Shown: one piece after another, positions 48,947 to 58,184 of the stretch
Position numbering within the stretch: position 1 is the first letter of the stretch
Layout of the letters: each line of letters opens with the position of its first letter
Origin: an uncultured Clostridiaceae bacterium
GTDB taxonomy: Bacteria; Bacillota; Clostridia; Lutisporales; Lutisporaceae
Direction: 5' to 3'
DNA: 64,000 nucleotides
Assembly (NCBI GenBank): GCA_964408955.1
Contig: CAYPBK010000004.1
Coordinates: forward strand, 31,279 to 95,278
The notes under the pieces: model-generated
Seen by the model: the letters and a program-made list of their open reading frames with translations, nothing else
The model's database searches: none
What the model was told of the DNA's origin: nothing
Made by a program: the position numbers and the translations under genes

Positions 48947-49153
48947 ATGAGTATAAAGGTTACAGTAATAGTTCAAAAAGAAGATGATTGGTATGTAGCA
49001 AGATGTATAGATAATAAAGTTGCATCACAAGGAAGGACAATAGAAGAATCCTTAGCAAATCTAAAGGAAGCTTTGGAATTGTATTATGAAAGTGAGAAGC
49101 AGGAATTAACCAGCATTCAAACATTTATTACGACAATGGAGGTAGCTATCTGA
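48947..49153 (+). CDS. hicB: HicB-like (UPF0150) antitoxin-fold protein with no HicA partner visible
   Basis: VIVQKEDDWYVARCIDNKVASQGRTIEESLANLKEALELYYE matches the HicB N-terminal fold signature. GAGGTG RBS. Confidence 0.65.
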   Translation: MSIKVTVIVQKEDDWYVARCIDNKVASQGRTIEESLANLKEALELYYESEKQELTSIQTFITTMEVAI

Positions 49154-49253
49154 TGAGCTAATATAAGGAATACCTTTTTTGCTATCGACAAAGATATTTT
49201 GAACATTGATAGTTTTTAGCCTGATACTTTTCATTGATGTAACGGGTTTTCAT

Positions 49254-49661
49254 TTATGGCATTTCCTTAAACCTTTTAACTAAATAACCCTCTACCAGAT
49301 TAATGAAATAGCAAGCATTATTATACTGTTCTTCTGCACTGATTTTTGAGGCAATATAAAAATCATCGTAGTCAGATTTTTCTCTTATTCTGTAAGCAGC
49401 ACTAATTAGAGTATAGACATTCTTTTCAAAGATTCCGGTATGTATAAAATTTTTATTAAAATATGCAATAACGCCTGAATGTCTTTTTGAATCAAATTCG
49501 TTTAATGCATTAACAGACCTTATTGCATGAAAAATGCAGTAATAAGATCTATTTATGGATGCTTTTATTAAGCCATTTTCTAAATTTATTTTGGCTGATT
49601 TCAAATCTTCTCTGGCTTTTTCTAATCGATATTTTGATAAAACTTCAAGTTTATTGCTCAT
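49254..49661 (-). CDS. hepT: HEPN-domain toxin of a HEPN/MNT module
   Basis: 135 aa. N-terminal helix (YRLEKAREDLKSAKINLENG) and an R(x4-6)H-like segment (KRHSGVIAYF). It overlaps the upstream MNT gene by 11 nt. Confidence 0.7.
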   Translation of the reverse strand: MSNKLEVLSKYRLEKAREDLKSAKINLENGLIKASINRSYYCIFHAIRSVNALNEFDSKRHSGVIAYFNKNFIHTGIFEKNVYTLISAAYRIREKSDYDDFYIASKISAEEQYNNACYFINLVEGYLVKRFKEMP

Positions 49662-50001
49662 AGATTACAACCCCCTCTTCATTGATATTTTTATAATAGG
49701 GGACTATATCCATCCATTCATTATATCTTTCATAACTAATGTCAACTAATGATAATAGCTTTACATACTTATAACCAATTTCAGAAATTAGATAATCTAA
49801 TTGTTTTTCATATTGTCTAAGCTTTTCTTCATCATCATCTATTAATATCATTACATCAATATCCGATTCTTGATTATTATCACCCCTAGCGTAAGAACCA
49901 TATAGAACTATCTTTTTTAATTTATTACCATATAATAATTTGGCACCTGAAGTTATTTCGCTAAGAATACTATCTAAGAAATCATTTGCCTGGCTTTGCA
50001 T
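49651..50001 (-). CDS. mntA: Minimal nucleotidyltransferase (MNT) antitoxin
   Basis: LYGSYARGDNNQESDIDVMILIDD is the GS-x10-DxD Pol-beta NTase motif. Confidence 0.8.
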   Translation of the reverse strand: MQSQANDFLDSILSEITSGAKLLYGNKLKKIVLYGSYARGDNNQESDIDVMILIDDDEEKLRQYEKQLDYLISEIGYKYVKLLSLVDISYERYNEWMDIVPYYKNINEEGVVIYEQ

Positions 50002-50260
50002 TTCCTAAACCTCCTTTCAGTACTACTTCTTTTTTATTATACCTTATAATTTCCAATTATTAAAATAAAAAACTATTATAAAATTTAAGCAACCGTAGAT
50101 AAAAAAAGGGAAAAAAGAATTTAAACAGAATTATATACTATTATTGAAATTATTTACAAATGAAAGAGTAAACGTCACACTTATCCACAGACAAGCTACA
50201 TATTGGCAACTAAAGGAATGAATTGACTAAATAAATGTTTTAAGTGAAAGGATGTAATCA

Positions 50261-51313
50261 ATGTTTAGAAAACTTAACCTTATCTTAACCGTTTTAATTA
50301 TTGTCATATGCTTTAATCTTACCCCTATATTTGCTGACAATATGTTTCCAGACGTAAAAGCAGATGACTGGTACTATGAGGATTTACAGACCCTGGCGAA
50401 AAAGGATATAGTACAGGGAAGCGCAGAGGGATATTTTAAACCGACAGATACAGTGAGATATAATCAATACCTAAAAATGGTGGTAGTAGCACTGACGGAT
50501 AAAACATTGGACGCAAAAGATGGGGAAGAATGGGATGCACCATATATAGAAAAAGCATTTGAGCTAAATTTAATCTCAAACAAAACTAAAGACTATAATA
50601 TCCCAATAAACAGATACGAAATGGCGGAAATAGCATTAAAGGGATTAACAGTACTAAAAGAAGAAGCTACAGATTATATAAAATACAAAACAGATATAAA
50701 AGACTATGATACAATTCCTGAAAAATATAAAGAAATAGTATTAAAAGCATACAGCAAGGGATTAATAACGGGATATACAGATGGGACATACGGTGGGGAG
50801 AAAACAATGCGCCGAAGTGAATCCGTAGCAGTGATCGCCCGATTAATAGACAAAACATTAAGAAAAACGCCAGGCGAGGGAAAAATTCCGGAAGAAAAAC
50901 CTGAAAGACCAAAAGGAGAGACTAGCGTAGAAAGACTAAGAAGTGAAAAAGTGTATGAAGTCTATGAAAAAGTCCCGGAGATGATACTACACTATACTAA
51001 AAACTATGATACATTATATTACAGAGAAGACGGTCAGACAGAACCAATAGGTGTAGATTTAGATGTTTATGTAGGTGAGATATCTACTATGATAACAATT
51101 TATAAGAACTCACCAAAAACATTAGAAGTAGCAAAGAAAATAATAAAAATATATTATCCAGGAAAATATGAAGAGGTTTACCAAGCAGTAGTGAATGCAT
51201 ATGAGAAAAATATAAAATATGACAAAATAATAAATGGTAAAACTTTAGATATTCGTCGTGTTACGTATGATCCAAATATAGTAGTAATACGTATGTATAA
51301 CATTATCTACTAA
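50261..51313 (+). CDS. SLH-domain surface protein, paralog B
   Basis: The N-terminal ~205 aa are nearly identical to 47067-48107. The C-terminus is unrelated. Confidence 0.7.
   Translation: MFRKLNLILTVLIIVICFNLTPIFADNMFPDVKADDWYYEDLQTLAKKDIVQGSAEGYFKPTDTVRYNQYLKMVVVALTDKTLDAKDGEEWDAPYIEKAFELNLISNKTKDYNIPINRYEMAEIALKGLTVLKEEATDYIKYKTDIKDYDTIPEKYKEIVLKAYSKGLITGYTDGTYGGEKTMRRSESVAVIARLIDKTLRKTPGEGKIPEEKPERPKGETSVERLRSEKVYEVYEKVPEMILHYTKNYDTLYYREDGQTEPIGVDLDVYVGEISTMITIYKNSPKTLEVAKKIIKIYYPGKYEEVYQAVVNAYEKNIKYDKIINGKTLDIRRVTYDPNIVVIRMYNIIY
50327..50898 (+). repeat. 572-bp direct repeat, copy 2
   Basis: See copy 1 (47133-47704). Confidence 0.9.
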
Positions 51314-51330
51314 GTATGAGGGGGGATGAT

Positions 51331-51573
51331 ATGAAAAGAATAATATCTTTAATTTTAGTTATAACGACAATAATATCAATAATATCTATACCGGCTCAAG
51401 CATCTGGCAATGAAGAATATATTACCATAACGAGAGACGGTATAGAATATAAACTTACAGAAGATGTACTGGGGTTTACTTTCTATATAAAAGATCCAAA
51501 AAATAGCTCAAAAAAGCTTAGAATCAATGTAGATATACTAGTTGTAGATAGTTGTTATAACATGGTAAAATAA
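51331..51573 (+). CDS. Small secreted protein of unknown function
   Basis: The ATG at 51331 (MKRIISLILVITTIISIISIPAQA) starts a signal peptide. A GGGGGG/GAGGGG RBS-like run lies upstream. Confidence 0.5.
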   Translation: MKRIISLILVITTIISIISIPAQASGNEEYITITRDGIEYKLTEDVLGFTFYIKDPKNSSKKLRINVDILVVDSCYNMVK

Positions 51574-51627
51574 ATAATGAGACCGTTGCAGGTGTGGTTG
51601 CCTCCTTTTTACTAAGGAGGTGAGGCT

Positions 51628-51714
51628 ATGAGTACATATGAAACAATATCTTTGATGATAAGTTTCGGTATGTTAATCGTAGTCTTGCTGAGATTTAACA
51701 GCAAGAAGATTTAG
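51628..51714 (+). CDS. Untracked 28-codon holin-like toxin (Hol-Tox / type I toxin-like) mini-ORF: MSTYETISLMISFGMLIVVLLRFNSKKI
   Basis: Strong AAGGAGGTGAGG RBS. The RBS can pair with the upstream GCCTCCTT (51599-51606). The M-S-x-Y-E-x-x-x-L-M-I-S-F-G pattern, hydrophobic core and basic tail match the Firmicute Hol_Tox family from memory. Hairpins follow at 51729-51760 and 51782-51806. Confidence 0.6.
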   Translation: MSTYETISLMISFGMLIVVLLRFNSKKI

Positions 51715-52252
51715 CTTATAAAAGCAAACCACCCTGCAAAGCCGATGCAGAGTGGTTTAAGTTAAAAACCAATTCCTGTGAGGCGACCACATCATGTGGC
51801 GGTCTCTTTAGTCATATTATAACACAAAAAATAGAAAAATAAACAAATCTTTTTTTTTATCATTACAATATTGTTACAACTTAATTTTTCCCCATTTTTG
51901 TCTTTAGCAAAAGTAGTTTAAACTACTGCCTTTGATAGGGCATATGTCATGCGATATTTTTGATTTCGTCAAAACCGCATATGGCAGATTATATCCTGCT
52001 ATTTCTTAGAAATTCATGATATAATGTAGTTAATAAGCTAATATCAAAGGGCTTCTTGAGATTAACCAGACTATATAAAAAATAATGTGGTATATTATTA
52101 CGTTTCATATAAAAATAAAACTGATCATGGATGCAAAATTGATCGTTGCTAGAGAAGCATTCCTGAGGGTTTTAAATTTACCACACAATGTTTAAAGGGC
52201 AATGACTAAAATCTTCAACATTAGTTTATATCTCGAATAAAAGGCGGCAATT

Positions 52253-53629
52253 ATGAAAGAATTAGAAAAAATAATTGAAGACATGAAATTTATATTTGAA
52301 AGCCTTCATGATGGAATATCAGTCATTGACCATAGAGGGATTATTGCCTATGTAAATGATTCCAACACAAGGATTACAAAGAGGGATAAAAGCTTTTTCC
52401 TAGGCAAGCATGTACAGGATACAGTTCCGGATTCCGGTATGGCTGCAGCCTTATCAACGGGTAAAAAGCTTATTGGCATAACCACTCATGTTTTTGATGC
52501 TACGGTTATTTCAAATATAGTGCCTATTAAGGATGGCAACCGCATAATTGGCGTAATATCTATATTCAGAGATATTACTGATATTAAGAACCTTACGGAC
52601 AAGCTAGATTATGCCAATACGACTATAAAGCAGCTTTATGAAAAGCTTAAAGAGGTAAATGAGAACAAAAGTGATTTTGTAGTAGGACAAAGTGATATCA
52701 TGAAGGATGTTATGAAAATTGCCCTTAAAGCCGCAATAGTGGACTCCAATCTCCTGATAGAAGGCGATAGCGGCACCGGCAAGGAGGTGCTGTCCAGGTT
52801 TATTCATAAAAACAGCCCGAGGAAGGATAACCCTTTTCTTGCCATAAACTGTGCATCTATACCTTTTAATCTTTTGGAATCAGAGCTTTTTGGGTATGAA
52901 GAGGGTGCGTTTACGGGAGCCAGGAAAGGCGGGCACCCCGGTTACTTTGAGATGTCTGCCGGAGGAACACTTTTGCTGGATGAAATAGGTGATATGGATA
53001 TTGCTCTTCAATCAAAGCTTTTAAGAGTGATACAGAGCAAAGAAATAATTAGGGTTGGAGGCAATAAAGTCCTTCCTTTGGATGTGCGTATAATGGCAGC
53101 CACCCATAAAAATCTAAAGGAGCTTGTAGAAAAAGGAAAGTTCAGAGAGGACCTCTACTATCGCCTTGAGGTAATAAGGATTAAAATACCTTCCCTTAAA
53201 GAGAGAAAGGAAGACATAATATACTATATAGATAATATGATGGATAAAATGAGTAAAAAGCTAGGTAGAGATATTCATATAGGGGAGGACGCATTAAAGC
53301 TCCTGCTAAATTACGATTATCCGGGCAATATTCGTGAACTGGAAAATATATTAGAAAGAGCAACGGTAATGGACGAGGATAATATAATAAGCGCTAAGGA
53401 TTTGCCCCTTTATATAACCGAATCCGTAGGCAGAAATAAAAGCAAGCTAAGCCTTGTTTATCCCGATCATTTTCCTACATTGGATGAATTAGAAGCCGAC
53501 GCTATTAAGAATGCTTTAAAAAAGTATAAAAACAAATCAAAAGCTGCGGATATGCTTAACATTTCAAGAGTAACTTTATATAGAAAAATGGAGAAGTATC
53601 AATTAAACAATCATGAAGAAGAGCAATAA
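52253..53629 (+). CDS. Sigma-54-dependent transcriptional activator (PAS sensor + AAA+ + Fis-type HTH)
   Basis: GDSGTGKE Walker A, ESELFGYEEGAFTGA (GAFTGA sigma-54 contact motif), and the C-terminal segment AADMLNISRVTLYRKMEKY. Confidence 0.9.
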   Translation: MKELEKIIEDMKFIFESLHDGISVIDHRGIIAYVNDSNTRITKRDKSFFLGKHVQDTVPDSGMAAALSTGKKLIGITTHVFDATVISNIVPIKDGNRIIGVISIFRDITDIKNLTDKLDYANTTIKQLYEKLKEVNENKSDFVVGQSDIMKDVMKIALKAAIVDSNLLIEGDSGTGKEVLSRFIHKNSPRKDNPFLAINCASIPFNLLESELFGYEEGAFTGARKGGHPGYFEMSAGGTLLLDEIGDMDIALQSKLLRVIQSKEIIRVGGNKVLPLDVRIMAATHKNLKELVEKGKFREDLYYRLEVIRIKIPSLKERKEDIIYYIDNMMDKMSKKLGRDIHIGEDALKLLLNYDYPGNIRELENILERATVMDEDNIISAKDLPLYITESVGRNKSKLSLVYPDHFPTLDELEADAIKNALKKYKNKSKAADMLNISRVTLYRKMEKYQLNNHEEEQ

Positions 53630-53831
53630 AGGCTAAATACGTTTCAAATATATACAAAAATCTATCAATAGCAATTATATACGTATCAATATAATGCAAA
53701 TCAACAAATATTATGTATCATAAGTATACATATTATTTATTTTATTTCTAAATTTTCAAACAATTTCAAAATAATTTAATACAGAAGGCAGTAAAATCAA
53801 GGGCTCGCCATAACTTAATTTTTGCATTACT

Positions 53832-53847
53832 TGGCACAACACTTGCT
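53832..53847 (+). promoter_or_regulatory. Sigma-54 (-24/-12) promoter
   Basis: TGGCAC (53832-37), spacer AACAC, TTGCT (53843-47). This exactly matches TGGCAC-N5-TTGCW and lies ~154 nt upstream of the lyase ATG. Confidence 0.85.
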
Positions 53848-54000
53848 ATTAATAATTGATAGAATCTCTGCATTAGGCTTGTTTTCTACTCATGTGTAGT
53901 GGGGGCTATCGTCTATGTATCTACTCTTTGGCAGGGATTGAGCTTTTATTATGTTTCAGTTTTATAGTATAGTAAATCAAAAATAAAAAGGAGGATAAAA

Positions 54001-55374
54001 ATGAGAAAACCGGAACCCTTTAAAATCAAAATGGTAGAGCCGATAAATCTTATTTCAAAAGAGGAGAGAGAGAAGGCTCTGGAAGAAGCGGGATACAACC
54101 CTTTTTCACTAAAAGCAAAGGATATTTTTATAGACATTTTAACAGATAGCGGAACAGGAGCTATGAGCGATAGGCAATGGGCCGGGCTTATGATGGGCGA
54201 CGAGTCCTACGCTGGGAGCAGGAGCTTCTATAAATTGGAGGCGGCTGCACAGGATTTATTTAACTATAAATACATCATCCCCACCCACCAAGGCAGAGGT
54301 GCTGAGCAGGTATTATTTCCTCAAATGCTGAAAAAAGGTCAGGATGTTTTAGGTAACATGCATTTTGACACAACTATGGCTCACATAGAATTAGCCGGAG
54401 GACACGCTGTAAATCTTGTTCATGAAAGAGCCTTTGATACTGTTACACCTTATCCTTTTAAAGGAGATTTTGACTTAGAAAAGTTGGAAAACTATATTAA
54501 GACAAGAGGAGTAGAGAATATAGCATTCCTAATCATGACTATCACTTGTAACAGTGCAGGCGGACAGCCGGTATCCATGGCTAATATGAGAGGAGTCAAG
54601 GAAATTTGTGATAAATACGGTATAAGAGTATTTATTGATGCAGCCAGGTTTGCGGAGAATGCATATTTTATAAAGATCAGAGAAGAAGGCTACGCAGACA
54701 AATCTATAAAAGAAATAGTAAGAGAAATGTTCTCATATGCCGAGGGCTTCTCCATGAGTGCTAAAAAGGACGCTATCGTCAATATGGGCGGTCTGGTAGG
54801 GATAAAGAATGATGAAGAGCTATATGTTAACACCAGATCAATAACTGTACCTTATGAAGGATTCCCAACCTATGGCGGACTATCCGGAAGAGATATTGAA
54901 GCTTTGGCAGTTGGTCTATACGAAGGTACTGATGAAGCCTATCTCGAATACAGAATAAACCAAATCAACTATTTGGGTGAAAGACTGGCAGAAGGCGGAG
55001 TGCCTTTCCAATCGCCTCCGGGAGGCCATGCAATATTTGTAGATGCCAAAAAGATGCTTCCTCATATACCCTACTATGAATTCCCCGCACAGGCATTAGC
55101 AAATGCGCTATATATTGAAGGCGGTATTAGGGCAGTTGAAATAGGCTCCTTCCTGCTCGGCAGGGATCCGGAAACAGGTGAGCAGAGGGAATCTGATATG
55201 GAACTGTTAAGGCTGACAATTCCAAGAAGAGTTTATACGGATAATCATATGGATTATATTGCTGATTGTTTAATTGCTCTCAAGGATAAAGCTTCAGAAA
55301 TAAAAGGTGTGGAAATAGTATACGAACCAAAGGTTCTGAGACATTTCACAGCAAGGCTTAAACCCGTTAAATAG
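54001..55374 (+). CDS. Tryptophanase / tyrosine phenol-lyase family beta-eliminating lyase (C-terminal half closer to TnaA)
   Basis: [38 protein letters not shown] (PLP Lys), [35 protein letters not shown] and [24 protein letters not shown]. Confidence 0.85.
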   Translation: MRKPEPFKIKMVEPINLISKEEREKALEEAGYNPFSLKAKDIFIDILTDSGTGAMSDRQWAGLMMGDESYAGSRSFYKLEAAAQDLFNYKYIIPTHQGRGAEQVLFPQMLKKGQDVLGNMHFDTTMAHIELAGGHAVNLVHERAFDTVTPYPFKGDFDLEKLENYIKTRGVENIAFLIMTITCNSAGGQPVSMANMRGVKEICDKYGIRVFIDAARFAENAYFIKIREEGYADKSIKEIVREMFSYAEGFSMSAKKDAIVNMGGLVGIKNDEELYVNTRSITVPYEGFPTYGGLSGRDIEALAVGLYEGTDEAYLEYRINQINYLGERLAEGGVPFQSPPGGHAIFVDAKKMLPHIPYYEFPAQALANALYIEGGIRAVEIGSFLLGRDPETGEQRESDMELLRLTIPRRVYTDNHMDYIADCLIALKDKASEIKGVEIVYEPKVLRHFTARLKPVK

Positions 55375-55395
55375 AAAGAGTATAATAGAGGTAAA

Positions 55396-55446
55396 ACAGG
55401 GGATGGGGGTAGTGTCACGAAAATGTGATACTGCCCCTGTCTTTTG
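55396..55446 (+). terminator. Rho-independent terminator (compound hairpin)
   Basis: ACAGGGG (55396-402) pairs with CCCCTGT (55434-40) around an inner hairpin AGTGTCAC/GTGATACT, followed by CTTTTGT. Confidence 0.7.
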
Positions 55447-55522
55447 TCCTATTCTTTACAAAAAATATGGAACTATTTCTATTTAGCATCGTCTAACTAG
55501 CAACTTAACCAAGATATGGAGG

Positions 55523-57844
55523 GTGGTAATGATGGATGACTTTATTAAATATGCAAAATATATTGTAATCCTGGTATTAGTTTTTGCTATAATAGCTCCT
55601 TTCGCTACCTACGCTAATACATATGAGGAGTTGCCGGAGATGAAACGGGTATATCCCAAGGAGACTTTAGAAATACCTTTTGACAACCCATTATCTGCTA
55701 AAACTGTTACTACTAAAAATGTTTATGTTAAAGATTCTGATGGAAAAAAGGTGCCTATTGCCCGCTCATTGAGTGGCGACGGAAGGACACTAATCATAAA
55801 GCCCTGGCAGATAGAATACAAAAAAGGCGAAACCTATACCCTATACATCGAAAAAGAAGTTAAATATGTCACGGGAAGAAGCATAGGAATAGGTAAAAAG
55901 ATGGCATTTCGTATTGCCAATATAATGCCGGAGGAGCTTCCGGTTATTGGTACTTTGGAAAACTTAGAAAAGCTCCTGGAGGAAACGGAGGATGAATATC
56001 TATTTGACTTCGGTCTAATAAGGAGGGGTATAGTTAAGTTTGCTGCGGGTGATGTGGCTGTTAACGAAAGTGCAGCCGCTCCATCAGATGGTGCAAAGAA
56101 AACCAAAGAGTTTTCCTCATCAGATTTTTCATCAACAAATGTTCAGGTTCAAGGTGTTGATGAAGCAGATATCATAAAAACCGATGGGGAATATCTGTAT
56201 CAAGTTAATAATAATAAAATTGTAATTGCCAGAATTTATCCTTCAAATGAGATGAAGGTAATTAAAACCATAATGCTGGAGGAAGAAAAGATAAATCCCA
56301 TTGAGCTGTATGTTGACGAGGAAAGGTTGGTTGTCATAGGTACATCAACTAATGAAATACCCATTATGCGACCGGCAGCAAAAAGCATTGCTATATATCC
56401 CCCTAGATATTATAACGATACAGTAAAGCTTATTGAGTATAATATAAAGGATAAATCTAAAATAAATAAAAGCAGAGAGATAGAGCAGGAAGGGAGTTAT
56501 TTATCCTCGAGAAAAATCGGAGCCAGGTTATATCTGATATCCAATAAATATTGCGGCTATTACAGAAACATGGATATGCCCAATGATAACTATACACCGT
56601 CATATAAAGATTCAGCAATCAAAGATGAGTTTATAAACATTCCTATGGATGAAATATACTATTTCCCCGACAGCATCGGGAGGAACTATCTGCTGGTATC
56701 TTCTGTAGATTTTAGCAAGCCAAAGGAAGGAGTCAGCGTCTCCACATATTTGGGAAATGGGGAAAACATTTATGCATCCACGGAAAATTTCTATGTGGCA
56801 GTTACTAAACATGTTCTAAAGCCAAAGGATCCCATTATCTATGATTCGGCAAATCCAAAGCCTATTATTGCGCCGAATTATAATGATCGGGAAACATTAG
56901 TTTACAGGTTTACTTATAAAGGCAGCAAGCTGGATTATACCGGCAAAGGTCTGGTGCCAGGCAATATACTTAATCAATTTTCCATGGATGAGGATAATGA
57001 TTATTTTAGAATAGCCACAACAAAAGGTGACATTTGGAGAGAAGATGAAAGAACCTCCAAAAACAATCTCTATATATTGGATGAGGATATGAAAATTGTC
57101 GGAAGCATAGAGGATATAGCTCCCGGTGAGCAGATATACTCTGTGAGGTTTATGGGTGACAGAGCTTATATGGTAACCTTTAAAACTGTAGACCCGTTAT
57201 TCGTAATAGACTTGAAGGATCCCAAAAACCCAAAAATATTGGGAGCCTTAAAAATACCGGGCTACAGCGATTATCTCCATCCTTATGATGAGAATCATAT
57301 AATAGGTTTTGGCAAGGATACGGTGGAAATAGTCAATAAGGATGAAAAAGGCAATGAGATTAGCAGAAATGCTTACTATGCAGGGATGAAAATAGCTATA
57401 TTTGATGTATCAGATGTTAACAACCCCATAGAAAAGCATAATGAAAAGATAGGTGACAGGGGAACGGATTCAGAGCTTTTGCATAATCATAGAGCCCTTC
57501 TTTTCTCAAAGGAAAAGAATATACTGGCATTTCCTATCACGGTCATGGAAGCAAAGGATAAGAATATTAAGGAAAACACCATGCCTCCATACGGAGAGTT
57601 TGCTTTCCAGGGTGCCTATATTTACAATATAGATTTGGAAAAGGGCTTTAAGCTGAGAAGCAAAATTACCCATATAAGCGACGAGGAATTCAAAAAATCA
57701 GGTAACTACTGGTATAATAGTGACAGCAATGTGGAAAGAATAATATATATCGGTGAAGATCTGTATACAATATCTAAAAATATGATAAAAGCTCATGACA
57801 TAAACACCATAGAGCAAAAGGGAGAGCTGTTGATAGCTAAATAA
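55523..57844 (+). CDS. Secreted/anchored beta-propeller-domain protein (Beta_propel family) with an N-terminal Ig-like domain
   Basis: N-terminal TM/signal segment. TNVQVQGVDEADIIKTDGEYLY and FMGDRAYMVTFKTVDPLFVIDL are typical of the PF09826-type beta-propeller family from memory. Confidence 0.6.
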   Translation: MVMMDDFIKYAKYIVILVLVFAIIAPFATYANTYEELPEMKRVYPKETLEIPFDNPLSAKTVTTKNVYVKDSDGKKVPIARSLSGDGRTLIIKPWQIEYKKGETYTLYIEKEVKYVTGRSIGIGKKMAFRIANIMPEELPVIGTLENLEKLLEETEDEYLFDFGLIRRGIVKFAAGDVAVNESAAAPSDGAKKTKEFSSSDFSSTNVQVQGVDEADIIKTDGEYLYQVNNNKIVIARIYPSNEMKVIKTIMLEEEKINPIELYVDEERLVVIGTSTNEIPIMRPAAKSIAIYPPRYYNDTVKLIEYNIKDKSKINKSREIEQEGSYLSSRKIGARLYLISNKYCGYYRNMDMPNDNYTPSYKDSAIKDEFINIPMDEIYYFPDSIGRNYLLVSSVDFSKPKEGVSVSTYLGNGENIYASTENFYVAVTKHVLKPKDPIIYDSANPKPIIAPNYNDRETLVYRFTYKGSKLDYTGKGLVPGNILNQFSMDEDNDYFRIATTKGDIWREDERTSKNNLYILDEDMKIVGSIEDIAPGEQIYSVRFMGDRAYMVTFKTVDPLFVIDLKDPKNPKILGALKIPGYSDYLHPYDENHIIGFGKDTVEIVNKDEKGNEISRNAYYAGMKIAIFDVSDVNNPIEKHNEKIGDRGTDSELLHNHRALLFSKEKNILAFPITVMEAKDKNIKENTMPPYGEFAFQGAYIYNIDLEKGFKLRSKITHISDEEFKKSGNYWYNSDSNVERIIYIGEDLYTISKNMIKAHDINTIEQKGELLIAK

Positions 57845-58184
57845 TAAAGTTTCATTGGATAATGCCCTATTTATATAATCCCAAGAGAAAAGGTCAATGC
57901 CTGGACTCAAGGGATTATTCTTTTTCAGGCAAAGGCTTAATTGTAAATATAACTTTGCTGTAATATAATAAAATAATATAGTTTATTAAATAAGCGTTAA
58001 TGAGAATAGCTATAGGAGTGTAATAAAATAATTGATATATTTTTAGACTTTTAGCAGCTAAGTTGAGTATATATTATCAGTAAAGCTCCACTTTCTCTGA
58101 TGCCTCACTAGTGATACCGGCGCACAAAAATATCAGAGAATTATCAGAGTAATAATAACATAAATATGCAAGGAGATATTGTCA

